DNA of 64,000 nt, taken from NCBI GenBank assembly GCA_040386535.1, contig JAZKFH010000012.1:50371-114370 (forward strand), in the 5' to 3' direction. Positions 1 through 11,136 of this stretch are shown piece after piece (position 1 is the stretch's first letter; each line of letters begins with the position of its first letter). The stretch is from Myxococcota bacterium. Its GTDB lineage: Bacteria > Myxococcota_A > UBA796 > SXON01. The notes under the pieces are model-generated. The model ran no database searches. It saw only the letters and a list, made by a program, of their open reading frames with translations, and was not told where the DNA came from. Position numbers and translations under genes: made by a program.

Positions 1-154
1 GTACTACACGGTGCTGTTCGGCTTCTCCCGCATCTCGGGCATCGCCGCCCAGATCGTGGACGAGCGGCTCGTCGCCCGCGGTGGCAAGGGCGTGCCGATC
101 TACCGCTGCAAGTACATCGCGAAGGACCAGCCCAAGCGCCGTCTGAACGCGTAA
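1..154 (+). CDS. gltA: Citrate synthase, C-terminal fragment (eukaryote-like type), truncated by window edge
   Basis: Frame from nt 2 reads YYTVLFGFSRISGIAAQIVDER...IYRCKY...*; YYTVLFGxSR matches the C-terminus of eukaryotic-type citrate synthases; lies directly upstream of icd-sucCD. Confidence 0.7.
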   Translation, partial: YYTVLFGFSRISGIAAQIVDERLVARGGKGVPIYRCKYIAKDQPKRRLNA

Positions 155-237
155 GCGAGCTTCGCCGGGCGTCCTCGGGCGCCCGGCATCCGCAGGCCGC
201 CCTGGGATGACCGCCTCGGGATGAAGGGGGGAGACCG

Positions 238-1538
<1,301 letters not shown>

Positions 1539-1542
<4 letters not shown>

Positions 1543-2774
1543 AGCTTCACGAGTACCAAGGTAAAGAGCTCCTCCGCAAGCACGGCGTCTCCACGCTGGC
1601 AGGGGGCGCCGCGCGCACGGTCGATGAGGCCGTCACCGTCGCCGAGTCCCTCGGCGGGTCGGTGTGGGTGGTCAAGTCGCAGATCCACGCGGGTGGGCGC
1701 GGCAAGGGCCGCTTCAAGGGCGACGTGGCCGACGAGGTCCTCGCGCAGGTCCTCGAGGGCGTCGACAACCTGCCCGGCAAGGGCGGGGTTCGCGTCTGCA
1801 CCTCGACCGACGCGGTGCGCGCCGCGGCGCAGGCGTTCCTGGGGAACACCCTCGTCACCAAGCAGACCGGCGCGGCCGGTAGCCTCGTGCAGACCCTCTT
1901 CGTCGAGGCGGGCTGCCAGATCGTGAAGGAGTACTACCTCGCGATCCTGCTCGACCGCGCCACCAGCCGCGTGCTGGTCATGGCGTCGGCCGAGGGCGGC
2001 ACCGAGATCGAGGAGGTCGCCGAGCACCACCCCGAGCGGATCCTGAAGGAGTGGGTCGATCCGGTCGCCGGCCTCGGCGCCTGGCAGGCCCGTCGTCTCG
2101 CGTTCGGGCTCGGCCTCACCGGCAAGACCGTGAACAGCTTCGTGAAGCTGGTCCTCGGGCTGTACCGCACGTACGACGCGATCGACGCCTCGATGCTCGA
2201 GATCAACCCGCTGGTGGTCACGGCCGCCGGCGACACGATCCCGCTCGACGCGAAGGTCACGATCGACGACAACGCGCTGTTCCGCCACCCCGACATCGTG
2301 CAGATGCGCGATCTCGCCGAGGAGGACCCCGCGGAGATCGAGGCCGGCAAGTACGACCTCTCCTACGTCAAGCTCGACGGCACCATCGGCTGCCTCGTGA
2401 ACGGCGCGGGTCTCGCGATGGCGACCATGGACATCATCAAGTTCTACGGTGAAGAGCCGGCGAACTTCCTCGATGTCGGCGGCGGCGCCACGAAGGAGAA
2501 GGTCACCGCGGCCTTCAAGATCATCACCCGCGATCCCGCGGTGAAGGGCATCCTCGTCAACATCTTCGGCGGCATCATGAAGTGTGATGTCATCGCCGAG
2601 GGCGTGCTCACGGCGGTGCGCGAGGTGGGCCTGTCCGTGCCCCTGGTGGTGCGCCTCGAGGGCACCAACGTCGAGCTCGGCAAGAAGATCCTGGCGGAGA
2701 GCGGCCTCGCCGTCATCCCCGCCGACACGATGGCGGACGCGGCCGAGAAGATCGTTGCCGCTGTGAGGGCGTAG
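1539..2774 (+). CDS. sucC: Succinyl-CoA ligase beta subunit
   Basis: [50 protein letters not shown]. Confidence 0.97.
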
Positions 2775-2777
2775 ACC

Positions 2778-3656
2778 ATGGCCATCCTCGTCGATTCCAA
2801 CACCCGCCTCGTCTGCCAGGGCATCACCGGCTCGGCCGGCGCGTTCCACTGCGGCCAGATGCTGGCCTACGGCACCAAGCTCGTCGCGGGCGTCACCCCC
2901 GGAAAGGGCGGCACCCTCTTCAACGACGCGGTGCCCATCTACGACACCGTGGCCGACGCGGTGCGTGAGACCGGCGCCAACGCCACCGTCATCTTCGTGC
3001 CGCCGCCGTTCGCGGCCGACGCGATCATGGAGGCCGCGGACGCCGGCGTGAAGCTGATCGTGCCGATCACCGAGGGCATCCCGGTGAAGGACATGATCAT
3101 CGCGTGGCGCTACCTGCAGGGCAAGGACGTGCGGATGATCGGGCCCAACTGCCCCGGCATCATCACCCCCGGCCAGTGCAAGATCGGCATCATGCCGGGC
3201 CACATCCACACGCCGGGCCGCATCGGCGTGCTCTCGCGTTCGGGCACCCTGACCTACGAGGCGGTGGGCCAGCTCTCCCGCGTCGGGCTCGGGCAGTCGA
3301 CCGCGATCGGCATCGGTGGCGATCCGATCATCGGCACCAAGCACATCGACGCGCTCAAGCTCTTCAATGACGACCCCGACACCGACGCGGTCATCATGAT
3401 CGGCGAGATCGGCGGAAGCGCCGAGGAAGAGGCGTGCGCGTGGGCCAAGGTGCACATGAAGAAGCCTGTCATCGGCTTCATCGCGGGCGCCACCGCCCCG
3501 CCGGGCCGCCGCATGGGCCACGCGGGCGCGATCATCTCCGGCGGGCAGGGCACCGCCGAGGCGAAGTACCAGGCGATGGAGGATGCCGGCATCCACATCG
3601 TCCGTAGCCCCGCCGAGATGGGCCGCAAGATGGCGCAGGTGCTCGGCAAGGCGTAG
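2778..3656 (+). CDS. sucD: Succinyl-CoA ligase alpha subunit
   Basis: [36 protein letters not shown] (phospho-His). Confidence 0.97.
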   Translation: MAILVDSNTRLVCQGITGSAGAFHCGQMLAYGTKLVAGVTPGKGGTLFNDAVPIYDTVADAVRETGANATVIFVPPPFAADAIMEAADAGVKLIVPITEGIPVKDMIIAWRYLQGKDVRMIGPNCPGIITPGQCKIGIMPGHIHTPGRIGVLSRSGTLTYEAVGQLSRVGLGQSTAIGIGGDPIIGTKHIDALKLFNDDPDTDAVIMIGEIGGSAEEEACAWAKVHMKKPVIGFIAGATAPPGRRMGHAGAIISGGQGTAEAKYQAMEDAGIHIVRSPAEMGRKMAQVLGKA

Positions 3657-3684
3657 CACTCGAGGGTCCTTCGTGGACTCGAAC

Positions 3685-3720
3685 AGGGGTCGGCCGCGAG
3701 GCCGGCCCCTTCTTCGTTTT
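3685..3720 (+). terminator. Rho-independent terminator after sucD
   Basis: AGGGGTCGGCC-GCGA-GGCCGGCCCCT stem-loop followed by TCTTCGTTTT. Confidence 0.75.
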
Positions 3721-3770
3721 ACAGGACGTCGCGGACGAGATAGAGCGCCGGCCCCTTCCAGGAGCATCCC

Positions 3771-4190
3771 ATGGCCACCGAGCGCACCCTCTCCATCATC
3801 AAGCCCGACGCCGTCAAGAACCAGAACATCGGCGCGATCATCGCCCGCTTCGAGTCCGAAGGCCTCCGCATCGCCGCCGCGAAGAAGGTCCAGCTCGATC
3901 GTCGTGAGGCCGAGGGCTTCTACGCCGAGCACGCCGGCCGCGGCTTCTTCGGCGAGCTCGTCGAGTTCATGACCTCCGGCCCCGTGGTCGTGATGGTGCT
4001 CGAGGGCGACGACGCGATCGCGAAGAACCGCACCATCATGGGCGCCACCAACCCCGCCAACGCCGCCGAGAACACCCTCCGCAAGCTCTTCGCCGCGTCC
4101 GTCGGCGAGAACGCCGTGCACGGCTCCGATTCCCCCGCGTCGGCCGCCCGTGAAGTGTCCTACTTCTTCGCCGCCACCGAGATCCTCTAA
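3771..4190 (+). CDS. ndk: Nucleoside diphosphate kinase
   Basis: [27 protein letters not shown]. Confidence 0.97.
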   Translation: MATERTLSIIKPDAVKNQNIGAIIARFESEGLRIAAAKKVQLDRREAEGFYAEHAGRGFFGELVEFMTSGPVVVMVLEGDDAIAKNRTIMGATNPANAAENTLRKLFAASVGENAVHGSDSPASAAREVSYFFAATEIL

Positions 4191-4266
4191 GAACGCGCGT
4201 CCCTGATCTCCGCTATGCTGTCGCCTCTCCGGACATCTCGTTCCGGACATCTCGGAGGGAGACGCC

Positions 4267-5046
4267 ATGGCGAAGCAGATCGGGGACGGCTTCCACCTCA
4301 AGTTCACGATCGGCAAGGCCCTGTGGAACGACATGTTCCGCGTGGGCCTCCCGTTCAAGGTGTCCGACGGGCAGTTCGACCTCGTCGACAACCTGCGCTC
4401 GGGCTTCAAGCGGCTCGAGGTCCGGGAGAAGGTGAGGGGGCTGCTGGAGGATCGTGAGGTCCCCCAGGTGCTCCTGCGCGGCAAGGAGATCGCCAAGACC
4501 GTGTGGGGCCACCGCCGCGAGCAGGTGTACCGCGTCGTGAACGAGATGGTGCGCGTCGAGGGAGACTGGAAGGTCGAGGTCGACCAGGAAGGCTCCGAGT
4601 TCAAGTACTCGCACCAGCGCTTCGGCGTCGAGGCCCACGTCAAGGCCGTCGCCACCGGCAAGGTGTACCTGCTCCGCCAGAACATCGAGTTCCCGTTCGT
4701 GCTGGAGAAGCGCATCGGCGCCGAGGCCGCCCTGGGCGACATCCGGTACGACAAGGAGCGCCGCGCGCTCGTGGGCCACCTCGAGGACGTGACGGTCGAC
4801 CTCGGGGACAACTTCATCCTCCAGCTGCTCAACCGCGGCGCCGAGTACCTGCTGGCCCAGCAGACCCCCAAGGTGAACCCGGTCCAGATCCTCAAGAAGG
4901 ATCAGATCGAGGAGATGATCAGCCCCGCCGGCGGCCCGCTGCGGCTCAAGATGGGCGTCGAGGACGTTGCGCTCGACATCGACGAGGACGAGCTCACCCT
5001 CAAGGTGAAGTTCGGCTTCGCCCAGCTGCAGATCGAAGGCAGCTGA
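4267..5046 (+). CDS. Hypothetical protein
   Basis: 259-aa ORF with GGAG RBS and host-like codon usage; stop overlaps the next start (TGATG); no family recognised. Confidence 0.75.
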   Translation: MAKQIGDGFHLKFTIGKALWNDMFRVGLPFKVSDGQFDLVDNLRSGFKRLEVREKVRGLLEDREVPQVLLRGKEIAKTVWGHRREQVYRVVNEMVRVEGDWKVEVDQEGSEFKYSHQRFGVEAHVKAVATGKVYLLRQNIEFPFVLEKRIGAEAALGDIRYDKERRALVGHLEDVTVDLGDNFILQLLNRGAEYLLAQQTPKVNPVQILKKDQIEEMISPAGGPLRLKMGVEDVALDIDEDELTLKVKFGFAQLQIEGS

Positions 5047-5657
5047 TGCTCTGGCGGCCGGGGAAGACCAAGGCAAAGGAGCGCTCCTCCGAGCGGCTCC
5101 CCCCCGGCCAACGCCTCGTGAAGGGCTGGCCGGTGCTGCACGAGGGCGAGGTCCCCACGTTCGACCCGGAGACCTGGCGCTTCCGCGTGTGGGGGGAGGT
5201 CGAGACGCAGCTGGAGTGGACGTGGGACGAGGTCCAGGCGCTCCCGCGGATGGAGACGACCCAGGACTTCCACTGCGTCACCACCTGGTCCAAGTACGAC
5301 AACCGGTGGTCGGGTGTGGCCGTGCGCGAGGTCCTCGCCCGCGCCGGGGTGCGCGCGAGCGCGGCCCACGTGTTGGTCCACTGCTACGACGCGCTCGGCT
5401 ACACCACGAACCTGCCCCTGGCCGACTTCGACCGCGCGGACAACCTGTTCGCGCTCGCCCACGACGGCGCGCCGCTCCCCCCCGATCACGGCGGCCCCAT
5501 CCGGCTCGTCGTGCACCACCTCTACGCGTGGAAGTCGGCGAAGTGGGTGTCGGGGGTCGAGGTGCTGCCGAAGGACGTGCGCGGCTACTGGGAGGAGCGC
5601 GGGTACCACAACCGCGCGGATCCCTGGCTCGAAGAGCGGTACTCCTACCAGGAGTGA
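5046..5657 (+). CDS. Sulfite oxidase-like molybdopterin oxidoreductase (YuiH-like)
   Basis: RLPPGQ, DFHCVTTWS, YTTNLPL, HGGPIRLVV, YAWKSAKW, GYWEERGYH; true start taken as ATG 5046 within ORF 4503..5657. Confidence 0.88.
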   Translation: MLWRPGKTKAKERSSERLPPGQRLVKGWPVLHEGEVPTFDPETWRFRVWGEVETQLEWTWDEVQALPRMETTQDFHCVTTWSKYDNRWSGVAVREVLARAGVRASAAHVLVHCYDALGYTTNLPLADFDRADNLFALAHDGAPLPPDHGGPIRLVVHHLYAWKSAKWVSGVEVLPKDVRGYWEERGYHNRADPWLEERYSYQE

Positions 5658-5669
5658 GCCCGCTCGCTT

Positions 5670-6266
5670 CTACGGCCGCCCGTTCACCCAGCCGCGCCAC
5701 GGATGCCCGGGCACGCCGATCCGCAGCGCCACCACGCCCTGGAGCGCCGCGACGGGCACCGGGCCCCACCAGCGCGAATCCAAGGCGGCGTCCCGCGCGT
5801 CGGCGCCCAGGAACGCGGTGCCGTCGGGCACGCCCGACTCCTCCAGGCCCCACCGCACCGGGCGCGCGGCGAGCTCGACCAGGTGCGGGCCCTCGGTCCG
5901 CACCACCCGCGTGGTGTTCCGGTCCATCTCCAGGACCCGCGGTGCATCGGACCCGGCGGTGTGGAACACACCGTCCTCGTAGCGCACCGCGCCCCCGAGG
6001 GTCTCGACGCGGCGGAGGGTCCACCGCGCGGGGTCGAGGGGGTCGACGAGGGCGACGATGTCGCCGGTGCGGACCTCCATCGGGAGGACCACCACGAGGT
6101 CTCCCGCGAGGAAGGAGGGCGCCATCTCGTCGTCGGGCACCCACGCGAGCCGGGGGAGGACGAGGGCCGCCGTGAGCGCGACAACCCCGCCCGCGACCCC
6201 GAGCGCGCGGAGGGACCGAGGGGAGACGCGCGGCGGCTCGTGGGCGCTCGGCCCGTCCACCCTCAC
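5670..6266 (-). CDS. Signal peptidase I (S26)-like protein, catalytic residues degenerate
   Basis: N-terminal TM; box B-like DEMAPSFLAGD, box D-like LRRV, box E-like DSRWWGPVP. Confidence 0.65.
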   Translation of the reverse strand: MRVDGPSAHEPPRVSPRSLRALGVAGGVVALTAALVLPRLAWVPDDEMAPSFLAGDLVVVLPMEVRTGDIVALVDPLDPARWTLRRVETLGGAVRYEDGVFHTAGSDAPRVLEMDRNTTRVVRTEGPHLVELAARPVRWGLEESGVPDGTAFLGADARDAALDSRWWGPVPVAALQGVVALRIGVPGHPWRGWVNGRP

Positions 6267-6273
6267 CCGAGCC

Positions 6274-7362
6274 TCAGAACTCGACCGAGAGTGGCTCGCC
6301 GGGGGTCAAGGCGCGGTCGATCACCTGGAGGGTGACCGGCACGCCCCACTCCTGGATGGTCTGGTCCCGGAGCTGGCGCATGGGCACGGGCTCGACGGCG
6401 ACGCCGACGGAGCGGACGGTGGCGTCGAAGCGGCTCCCGCCCGTTCCCCACACGGAGACGGGAGAGCCCGGTGTCAGGCCGCGGGCCCGCGCGATGTCGA
6501 CGAAGACGACGGCGTCTTGCGACGTGGTCTCGGTGACGGTCAGCACGGGAACGCCGGCCTGGACCCACTGGCCCGGGGTCGGGAAGCCCTCGTCGATGAC
6601 CTCGGTGCGTCCGTCGCGCGCCTGGAAGCCCACCGGCGCGGTGACGATGCCGGAGACGTAGGCCCGGAGCACGTTCGAGTCCGCGACCAGGCGGAGCGAC
6701 TCGAGGTGCACCGCGGCGGACTCGACGGCGGACTTGAGCAGATCACTCTGCGAACCGCCCGCGCGCTCGCGGGCATCCTCGTAGGCGGCGTTCAGGGCCT
6801 CGACCTCGGTGAGACGTGCGTCAACGGAGGCCTTCGCAGCGTCGCGGAGGGTCTTGAAGCGCTCGACCTCACTCGCGGCGACGAGCACGCCCGGCGCGCC
6901 CGCCCGCCCGAGCTCCTGCTCTTGCACCAGGAGCTCCGCACGGTCGCGCTCGAGCTCGACCCGCGCCCGGAGCCACGCCGCGCGCGCCCCTTCGAGGTCC
7001 CGCGCGAAGCGGCGGCCGCGGTCGGCCTCCTCGACGCCCAGCTGGGCCTCCAGGCTGCGCAGCTCTGCCTCCGCGGAGGCGATCTCCTGGTTGAGCAGGG
7101 GCACCTCGATCTTCGCGAGCACGGCCCCCGCCTCGACCTTCTGGAACGGCACCACCTCGATGGTGGCGATGCGGCCGCTCTCGGGCGCCCGGATGAGGTG
7201 GGCCTTGGTCACGGCCACGGCCGTTCCGCCGTCCCCCCCCACGCTCCGCACGAGGAGCCAGACGCCGCACGCCATCGCCGCCGCGCCCCACGCGAGGGCC
7301 ATGAAAATCTTGCCGCGCATCGCCCTGAGGCGACGCCCGAGAGGCATGGTTCTTCTCACCAT
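6274..7362 (-). CDS. HlyD-family membrane-fusion (periplasmic adaptor) protein
   Basis: N-terminal TM; lipoyl half motif IRAPESGRIATIEVVPFQKVEAGAVLA; long coiled coil; LRAYVSGIV...GQWVQAGVPVL. Confidence 0.8.
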   Translation of the reverse strand: MVRRTMPLGRRLRAMRGKIFMALAWGAAAMACGVWLLVRSVGGDGGTAVAVTKAHLIRAPESGRIATIEVVPFQKVEAGAVLAKIEVPLLNQEIASAEAELRSLEAQLGVEEADRGRRFARDLEGARAAWLRARVELERDRAELLVQEQELGRAGAPGVLVAASEVERFKTLRDAAKASVDARLTEVEALNAAYEDARERAGGSQSDLLKSAVESAAVHLESLRLVADSNVLRAYVSGIVTAPVGFQARDGRTEVIDEGFPTPGQWVQAGVPVLTVTETTSQDAVVFVDIARARGLTPGSPVSVWGTGGSRFDATVRSVGVAVEPVPMRQLRDQTIQEWGVPVTLQVIDRALTPGEPLSVEF

Positions 7363-8042
7363 TCTTCTGCCCGCTCCTCGATGGCCACCGTCACCTGCGT
7401 GGTGCCCTCGACAGCGCGCACGGCGCGCAGGAGGTCCTCCCGTTCCGCAGGGTGAAAGAGCCGGATTTCGTAGCTGAACTCGGACTGCTCGCCCGCGTCG
7501 CCCTGGCGGAGCGCCACGAGCTCATGGGTGCGACACCAGTTGGTCAACACCTGCTCGACCGCGCCGGAGACGCTCCCGGCGCCGCGTACACGGAGCATGC
7601 CCGTGTCGGAATGTTTGGTGGCGAAGCCGCTGAATTGGAGCGTCGTCGCCACGATCCCGATCATGAGCGAGCCGAGGATCGCGACGGCGTGCTGCTGCGC
7701 GCCCACGGAGATGCCAACGGCCAGCGCCAGGAAGATGAAGGTCGTGTCTCGCGCGTCCCGCACCACGGTGCGGAAGCGGATGATGGCGAGCGCGCCGACG
7801 AGGCCGAACGCGCGCGCGATGCTGTCGCCGACGACGAGCATCACCATGGTGATGATCATCGACAGGAGCACGATGCTGTGGACCATGTTGCGGGAGTAGG
7901 ACAACCCGCGGTGGGTCATCTGGTACAGCCACGCCACGAACGTGCCGAGCACGAAGGAGAGCAGGAGGTCGAACGCGGCGTCGGTCATCGACAGGTGACC
8001 CGCCACGCTCCCCGAGCCACTCAACCAATCTAAGGGATTCAA
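7356..8042 (-). CDS. DUF4956-family membrane protein
   Basis: SIARAFGLVGALAIIRFRTVVRDARDTTFIFLALAVG motif, 4-5 TMs and a soluble C-terminal domain; probable TTG start overlapping the upstream stop (ATG ~7988 is an alternative). Confidence 0.85.
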   Translation of the reverse strand: MNPLDWLSGSGSVAGHLSMTDAAFDLLLSFVLGTFVAWLYQMTHRGLSYSRNMVHSIVLLSMIITMVMLVVGDSIARAFGLVGALAIIRFRTVVRDARDTTFIFLALAVGISVGAQQHAVAILGSLMIGIVATTLQFSGFATKHSDTGMLRVRGAGSVSGAVEQVLTNWCRTHELVALRQGDAGEQSEFSYEIRLFHPAEREDLLRAVRAVEGTTQVTVAIEERAEEW

Positions 8043-8785
8043 CGTGCCATCCTTGAGTCCCGGGCGGACTCTCTTGCGCGATTCTCGTCCATGCCTTGCA
8101 GCACTTCGACGGCATGACGGTACTTCGACATCGAGCGGCGCTCCAGGTCGAAGCGCCGGACGGTGTCCGCGACCCACGCGGGGTAGGACCCGTTGTACTT
8201 CAACTCCAAGATTACGATGCCCTTGACTTCGTCGATCGGGTACCACTGTTCCGGCACGGCGAGCCCCTTGGTGGGCGGTGCGCACGCGATGGAACTGTCG
8301 AAGGTGATGCGAACGAGGCCGCGATCTCCACCGACGTAGGCGAACCGCTCGTAGGTGACCCACGCCCGCGGATAGGCCCGATATCGGTCCATGTGCGTGC
8401 GGAAGTTCTCGATCGCGCTGCCCCCCACGTTGCGCGGCGTCCCCCCGCCGTCGAGGATGCGCACCGCCTCTGCGCGGTCCACCTCGCCGCGCGACTTGCG
8501 CATGGCCTCCCCGTTCCGGGACTTGACCTCGAGGAACACCGGCGCCGTGGGTGTGAAGGCGTAGGTGCGGGCCCGCAGCTTGAACCTGGAGAAGTTCCCG
8601 TTCCGGGTCTCGCGGTAGATGCGCCAGTCCGGGTCGTCCAGGTACAACGAGTGGACCGGGTACCGTGCGGAGCCGCCTTCGCCGTGGGCGTCCGGCTCCA
8701 TGTACCGAGCGATCCACTCGCGGACCTGCTCGGCCTTCTCCGGCGTGATGCGGTATTTGATCTCGTAGCGGGTAGCGGTGCGCAC
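8039..8785 (-). CDS. VTC-domain (polyphosphate polymerase domain) protein
   Basis: RYEIKY, SLYLD, RFKLRARTY, FLEVK, RITFD, ILELKY, SKY motifs; adjacent to DUF4956; start could extend to 8812. Confidence 0.88.
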   Translation of the reverse strand: MRTATRYEIKYRITPEKAEQVREWIARYMEPDAHGEGGSARYPVHSLYLDDPDWRIYRETRNGNFSRFKLRARTYAFTPTAPVFLEVKSRNGEAMRKSRGEVDRAEAVRILDGGGTPRNVGGSAIENFRTHMDRYRAYPRAWVTYERFAYVGGDRGLVRITFDSSIACAPPTKGLAVPEQWYPIDEVKGIVILELKYNGSYPAWVADTVRRFDLERRSMSKYRHAVEVLQGMDENRARESARDSRMAR

Positions 8786-8997
8786 GGAATCCTCGTCACA
8801 TGAACGTTTCAATCGTAGAGGCCCGTCGCGCCCGCGGCAAGGGACGCGGGGGAATCGACGGAAGCTTCACAAGCTCGGCGGGATCGCGCTGTTCAGCGGC
8901 TGCTCGCGTCGAGGGCCGGGGGCTCTCGTACGCGCCTTCCCCCTGGGGTTGCGACTCGGGTCCGGTGCGCGTAGGGTAGCGCGGTGTTGGAGAACGG

Positions 8998-9663
8998 ATG
9001 CGTTCCTGGTTGTTCCTTTGTGTGTTCGCGGGCTGCGACCTCATCTCGGTGAAGCCCAGCGGGAGCGACACCGGGCCCTTCGAGGCGGACGCGGACACGG
9101 ACGCCGACAGTGACGCGGACAGTGACGCGGACAGTGACGCGGACAGTGACGCCGACAGCGACGCTGACACTGACACCGACACCGAGATCGATGTGGACAC
9201 CGCCCTCTGTGACGAGGTCCTCTCCAGTGCCCAGCCCGGCGGGCCCGGCTGCTTCACCGACACCATCGCGTGCGGCGACGTGGTGGAGGGCACGAACGAC
9301 GGCGGGGAGACCGATTTTGTCGGCGAGGATTGGGAGTCCTGGTTCTGCACACCCAACCTGGACCGCTGGGACTATGCGTCGCCAGAGCGGGTGTACTCGC
9401 TGTTCATCCCCGCGGCCACGACCGCCACGTTCGCCTTCGAGACGCCCTGCGCCGATCTCGACCTGTTCGTGGCGTACTGGCAGGACGAGGACACCTGTCC
9501 CAGCTCCGCCAGCAGCATCCGCGAGTGCGAGACCGTCGACGACGAGGGCAACGGCGGGTTCGTGAGCGTCTGGTCGGACGTGGGGGCCTGGTACGTGGTC
9601 GCGGTGGACGGGCGCGGCGGGGAGACCGGCAACTTCCGCCTCTCGGTCGATTGTGAAGACTGA
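8998..9663 (+). CDS. Acidic secreted/lipoprotein with Asp-Ala-Asp-Ser repeat linker and Cys-containing C-terminal domain
   Basis: Lipobox-like FAGC; (DADS)n run; several Cys; C-terminal YVVAVDG...GNFRLSVDC resembles PPC-like domains. Confidence 0.7.
   Translation: MRSWLFLCVFAGCDLISVKPSGSDTGPFEADADTDADSDADSDADSDADSDADSDADTDTDTEIDVDTALCDEVLSSAQPGGPGCFTDTIACGDVVEGTNDGGETDFVGEDWESWFCTPNLDRWDYASPERVYSLFIPAATTATFAFETPCADLDLFVAYWQDEDTCPSSASSIRECETVDDEGNGGFVSVWSDVGAWYVVAVDGRGGETGNFRLSVDCED
9088..9183 (+). repeat. Coding tandem repeat (AGTGACGCGGAC-type 12-mers; DADS/DT)
   Basis: Directly visible in sequence. Confidence 0.9.
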
Positions 9664-9695
9664 CCTGTGAAGACTGACCGAGGAACGGTGACCGA

Positions 9696-10175
9696 ATGAC
9701 CCTCTCCCCTTCCGGCGGCGCCCTCCGACCCGACCGCGGCGCCCCCATCGTGCTCCGGCTCCTCCCGCACGTGCACCACCCGCCCGCGCGCGTGCTCGTG
9801 CCGGATGTGGGGGAGGGGAACGAGGCGCGAGCGCTCGACGCACGCGGGTACCGCGTGACCGTCATGGGCGGCGCGGTCCCGGCGCCGGGCGTCGCCCACG
9901 CGGCGGGTACGTTCCTGGAGAACGCGCCGGTCGGCTTCGATCTCGTGTGTGAGGCCGGGGCGTTCGGAGCGCTCCAGGGCGCCGCGCGTGCACGCTACGT
10001 GGACGCCGCCGCGCAGGCCCTGAGGCCGGGCGGCCTGCTCTTCGGCGCGTTCCCGGCGGACGAGGCCGGCGCGGGCGAGCTCATCGCGCTGATGTCCCCT
10101 CGCTTTGACGTGGCGCGCCTGGAGCCCAGCGGGGCGCTGGGTGGCTGGCTCGAAGCAATCTTCGTCCGGAGGTAG
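9696..10175 (+). CDS. Short degenerate TPMT-like SAM methyltransferase homolog
   Basis: [13 protein letters not shown]...GYRV, FDLVCE..AFGAL...R..YV....LRPGGLL resemble thiopurine methyltransferase family motifs. Confidence 0.5.
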   Translation: MTLSPSGGALRPDRGAPIVLRLLPHVHHPPARVLVPDVGEGNEARALDARGYRVTVMGGAVPAPGVAHAAGTFLENAPVGFDLVCEAGAFGALQGAARARYVDAAAQALRPGGLLFGAFPADEAGAGELIALMSPRFDVARLEPSGALGGWLEAIFVRR

Positions 10176-10176
10176 C

Positions 10177-11136
10177 GTGGCCACGCTCTCCTTCGTCGGA
10201 GTCGAGAAGCGCTTCGGCGCCGTGCAGGTCCTCCATCGGGTCGATCTCGAGGTCGCGGAGGGCGAGTTCATCGTGCTCGTCGGGCCCTCGGGCTGCGGCA
10301 AGAGCACGCTGTTGCGCTGCATCGCCGGCCTCGAGGAGATCACCGGCGGCGAGCTCCGGATCGACGGCCGTCGCGTGAACGACGTGGCCCCGCGCGACCG
10401 TGACGTCGCGATGGTGTTCCAGTCCTACGCGCTCTACCCGCACATGACCGTGCGCGAGAACATGGGATTTGCCCTCTCGCTCCAGAAGCACCCCGAGGCC
10501 GAGGCGCGGGTTGCGGCCGCCGCCCAGATGCTCGGCCTCGCCCACCTCCTCGATCGGTTCCCCCGCGAGCTCTCGGGCGGCCAACGCCAACGCGTGGCGA
10601 TGGGGCGCGCGATCGTGCGCCGGCCGAAAGTGTTCCTGTTCGACGAGCCCCTCTCGAACCTCGACGCCTCGCTGCGGAACTCGGTGCGCGTGGAGCTGCG
10701 TCGCCAGCACGCGGCGCTGCGTACGACCACCGTGTACGTGACCCACGATCAGACGGAGGCGCTCACCCTCGCCGACCGCATCGTGGTGCTCAACGGCGGC
10801 ATCGTGCAGCAGGTCGGCACGCCCGACGAGCTCTTCTTCGAGCCCGTGAACCGCTTCGTGGCGGGCTTCATCGGGAGCCCGGGGATGAACTTCCTCGAAC
10901 GTCTCGAGGACGACGTGATCGGCGTCCGCCCGAACGACGTGAAGATCGGCGAGGGGCCGCACGAGGCCCTCGTCGAGGTGGTGGAGAAGCTCGGGTTCGA
11001 GTCCATGGTGCACCTCCGGATCGGGGAGGAGGTGCTCGTGGCCCGCGTCGAGGGGCCCGTGCCCAGCGGGAAGGTGCGCGTTGCGTTCGTCCGCGCCTAC
11101 CGCTTCGACCGCAAGACCGGCGCGAGGACCGGGTGA
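10177..11136 (+). CDS. malK: Carbohydrate ABC transporter ATP-binding subunit (MalK/UgpC family)
   Basis: [43 protein letters not shown] start at 10177. Confidence 0.92.
   Translation: MATLSFVGVEKRFGAVQVLHRVDLEVAEGEFIVLVGPSGCGKSTLLRCIAGLEEITGGELRIDGRRVNDVAPRDRDVAMVFQSYALYPHMTVRENMGFALSLQKHPEAEARVAAAAQMLGLAHLLDRFPRELSGGQRQRVAMGRAIVRRPKVFLFDEPLSNLDASLRNSVRVELRRQHAALRTTTVYVTHDQTEALTLADRIVVLNGGIVQQVGTPDELFFEPVNRFVAGFIGSPGMNFLERLEDDVIGVRPNDVKIGEGPHEALVEVVEKLGFESMVHLRIGEEVLVARVEGPVPSGKVRVAFVRAYRFDRKTGARTG

Noticed and set aside
7356..8717. 453-aa ORF read as a VTC-DUF4956 fusion or frameshift product
   Set aside because: The upstream part is an alternate frame of the VTC gene; a TTGA start/stop overlap at 8039-8042 explains two separate genes
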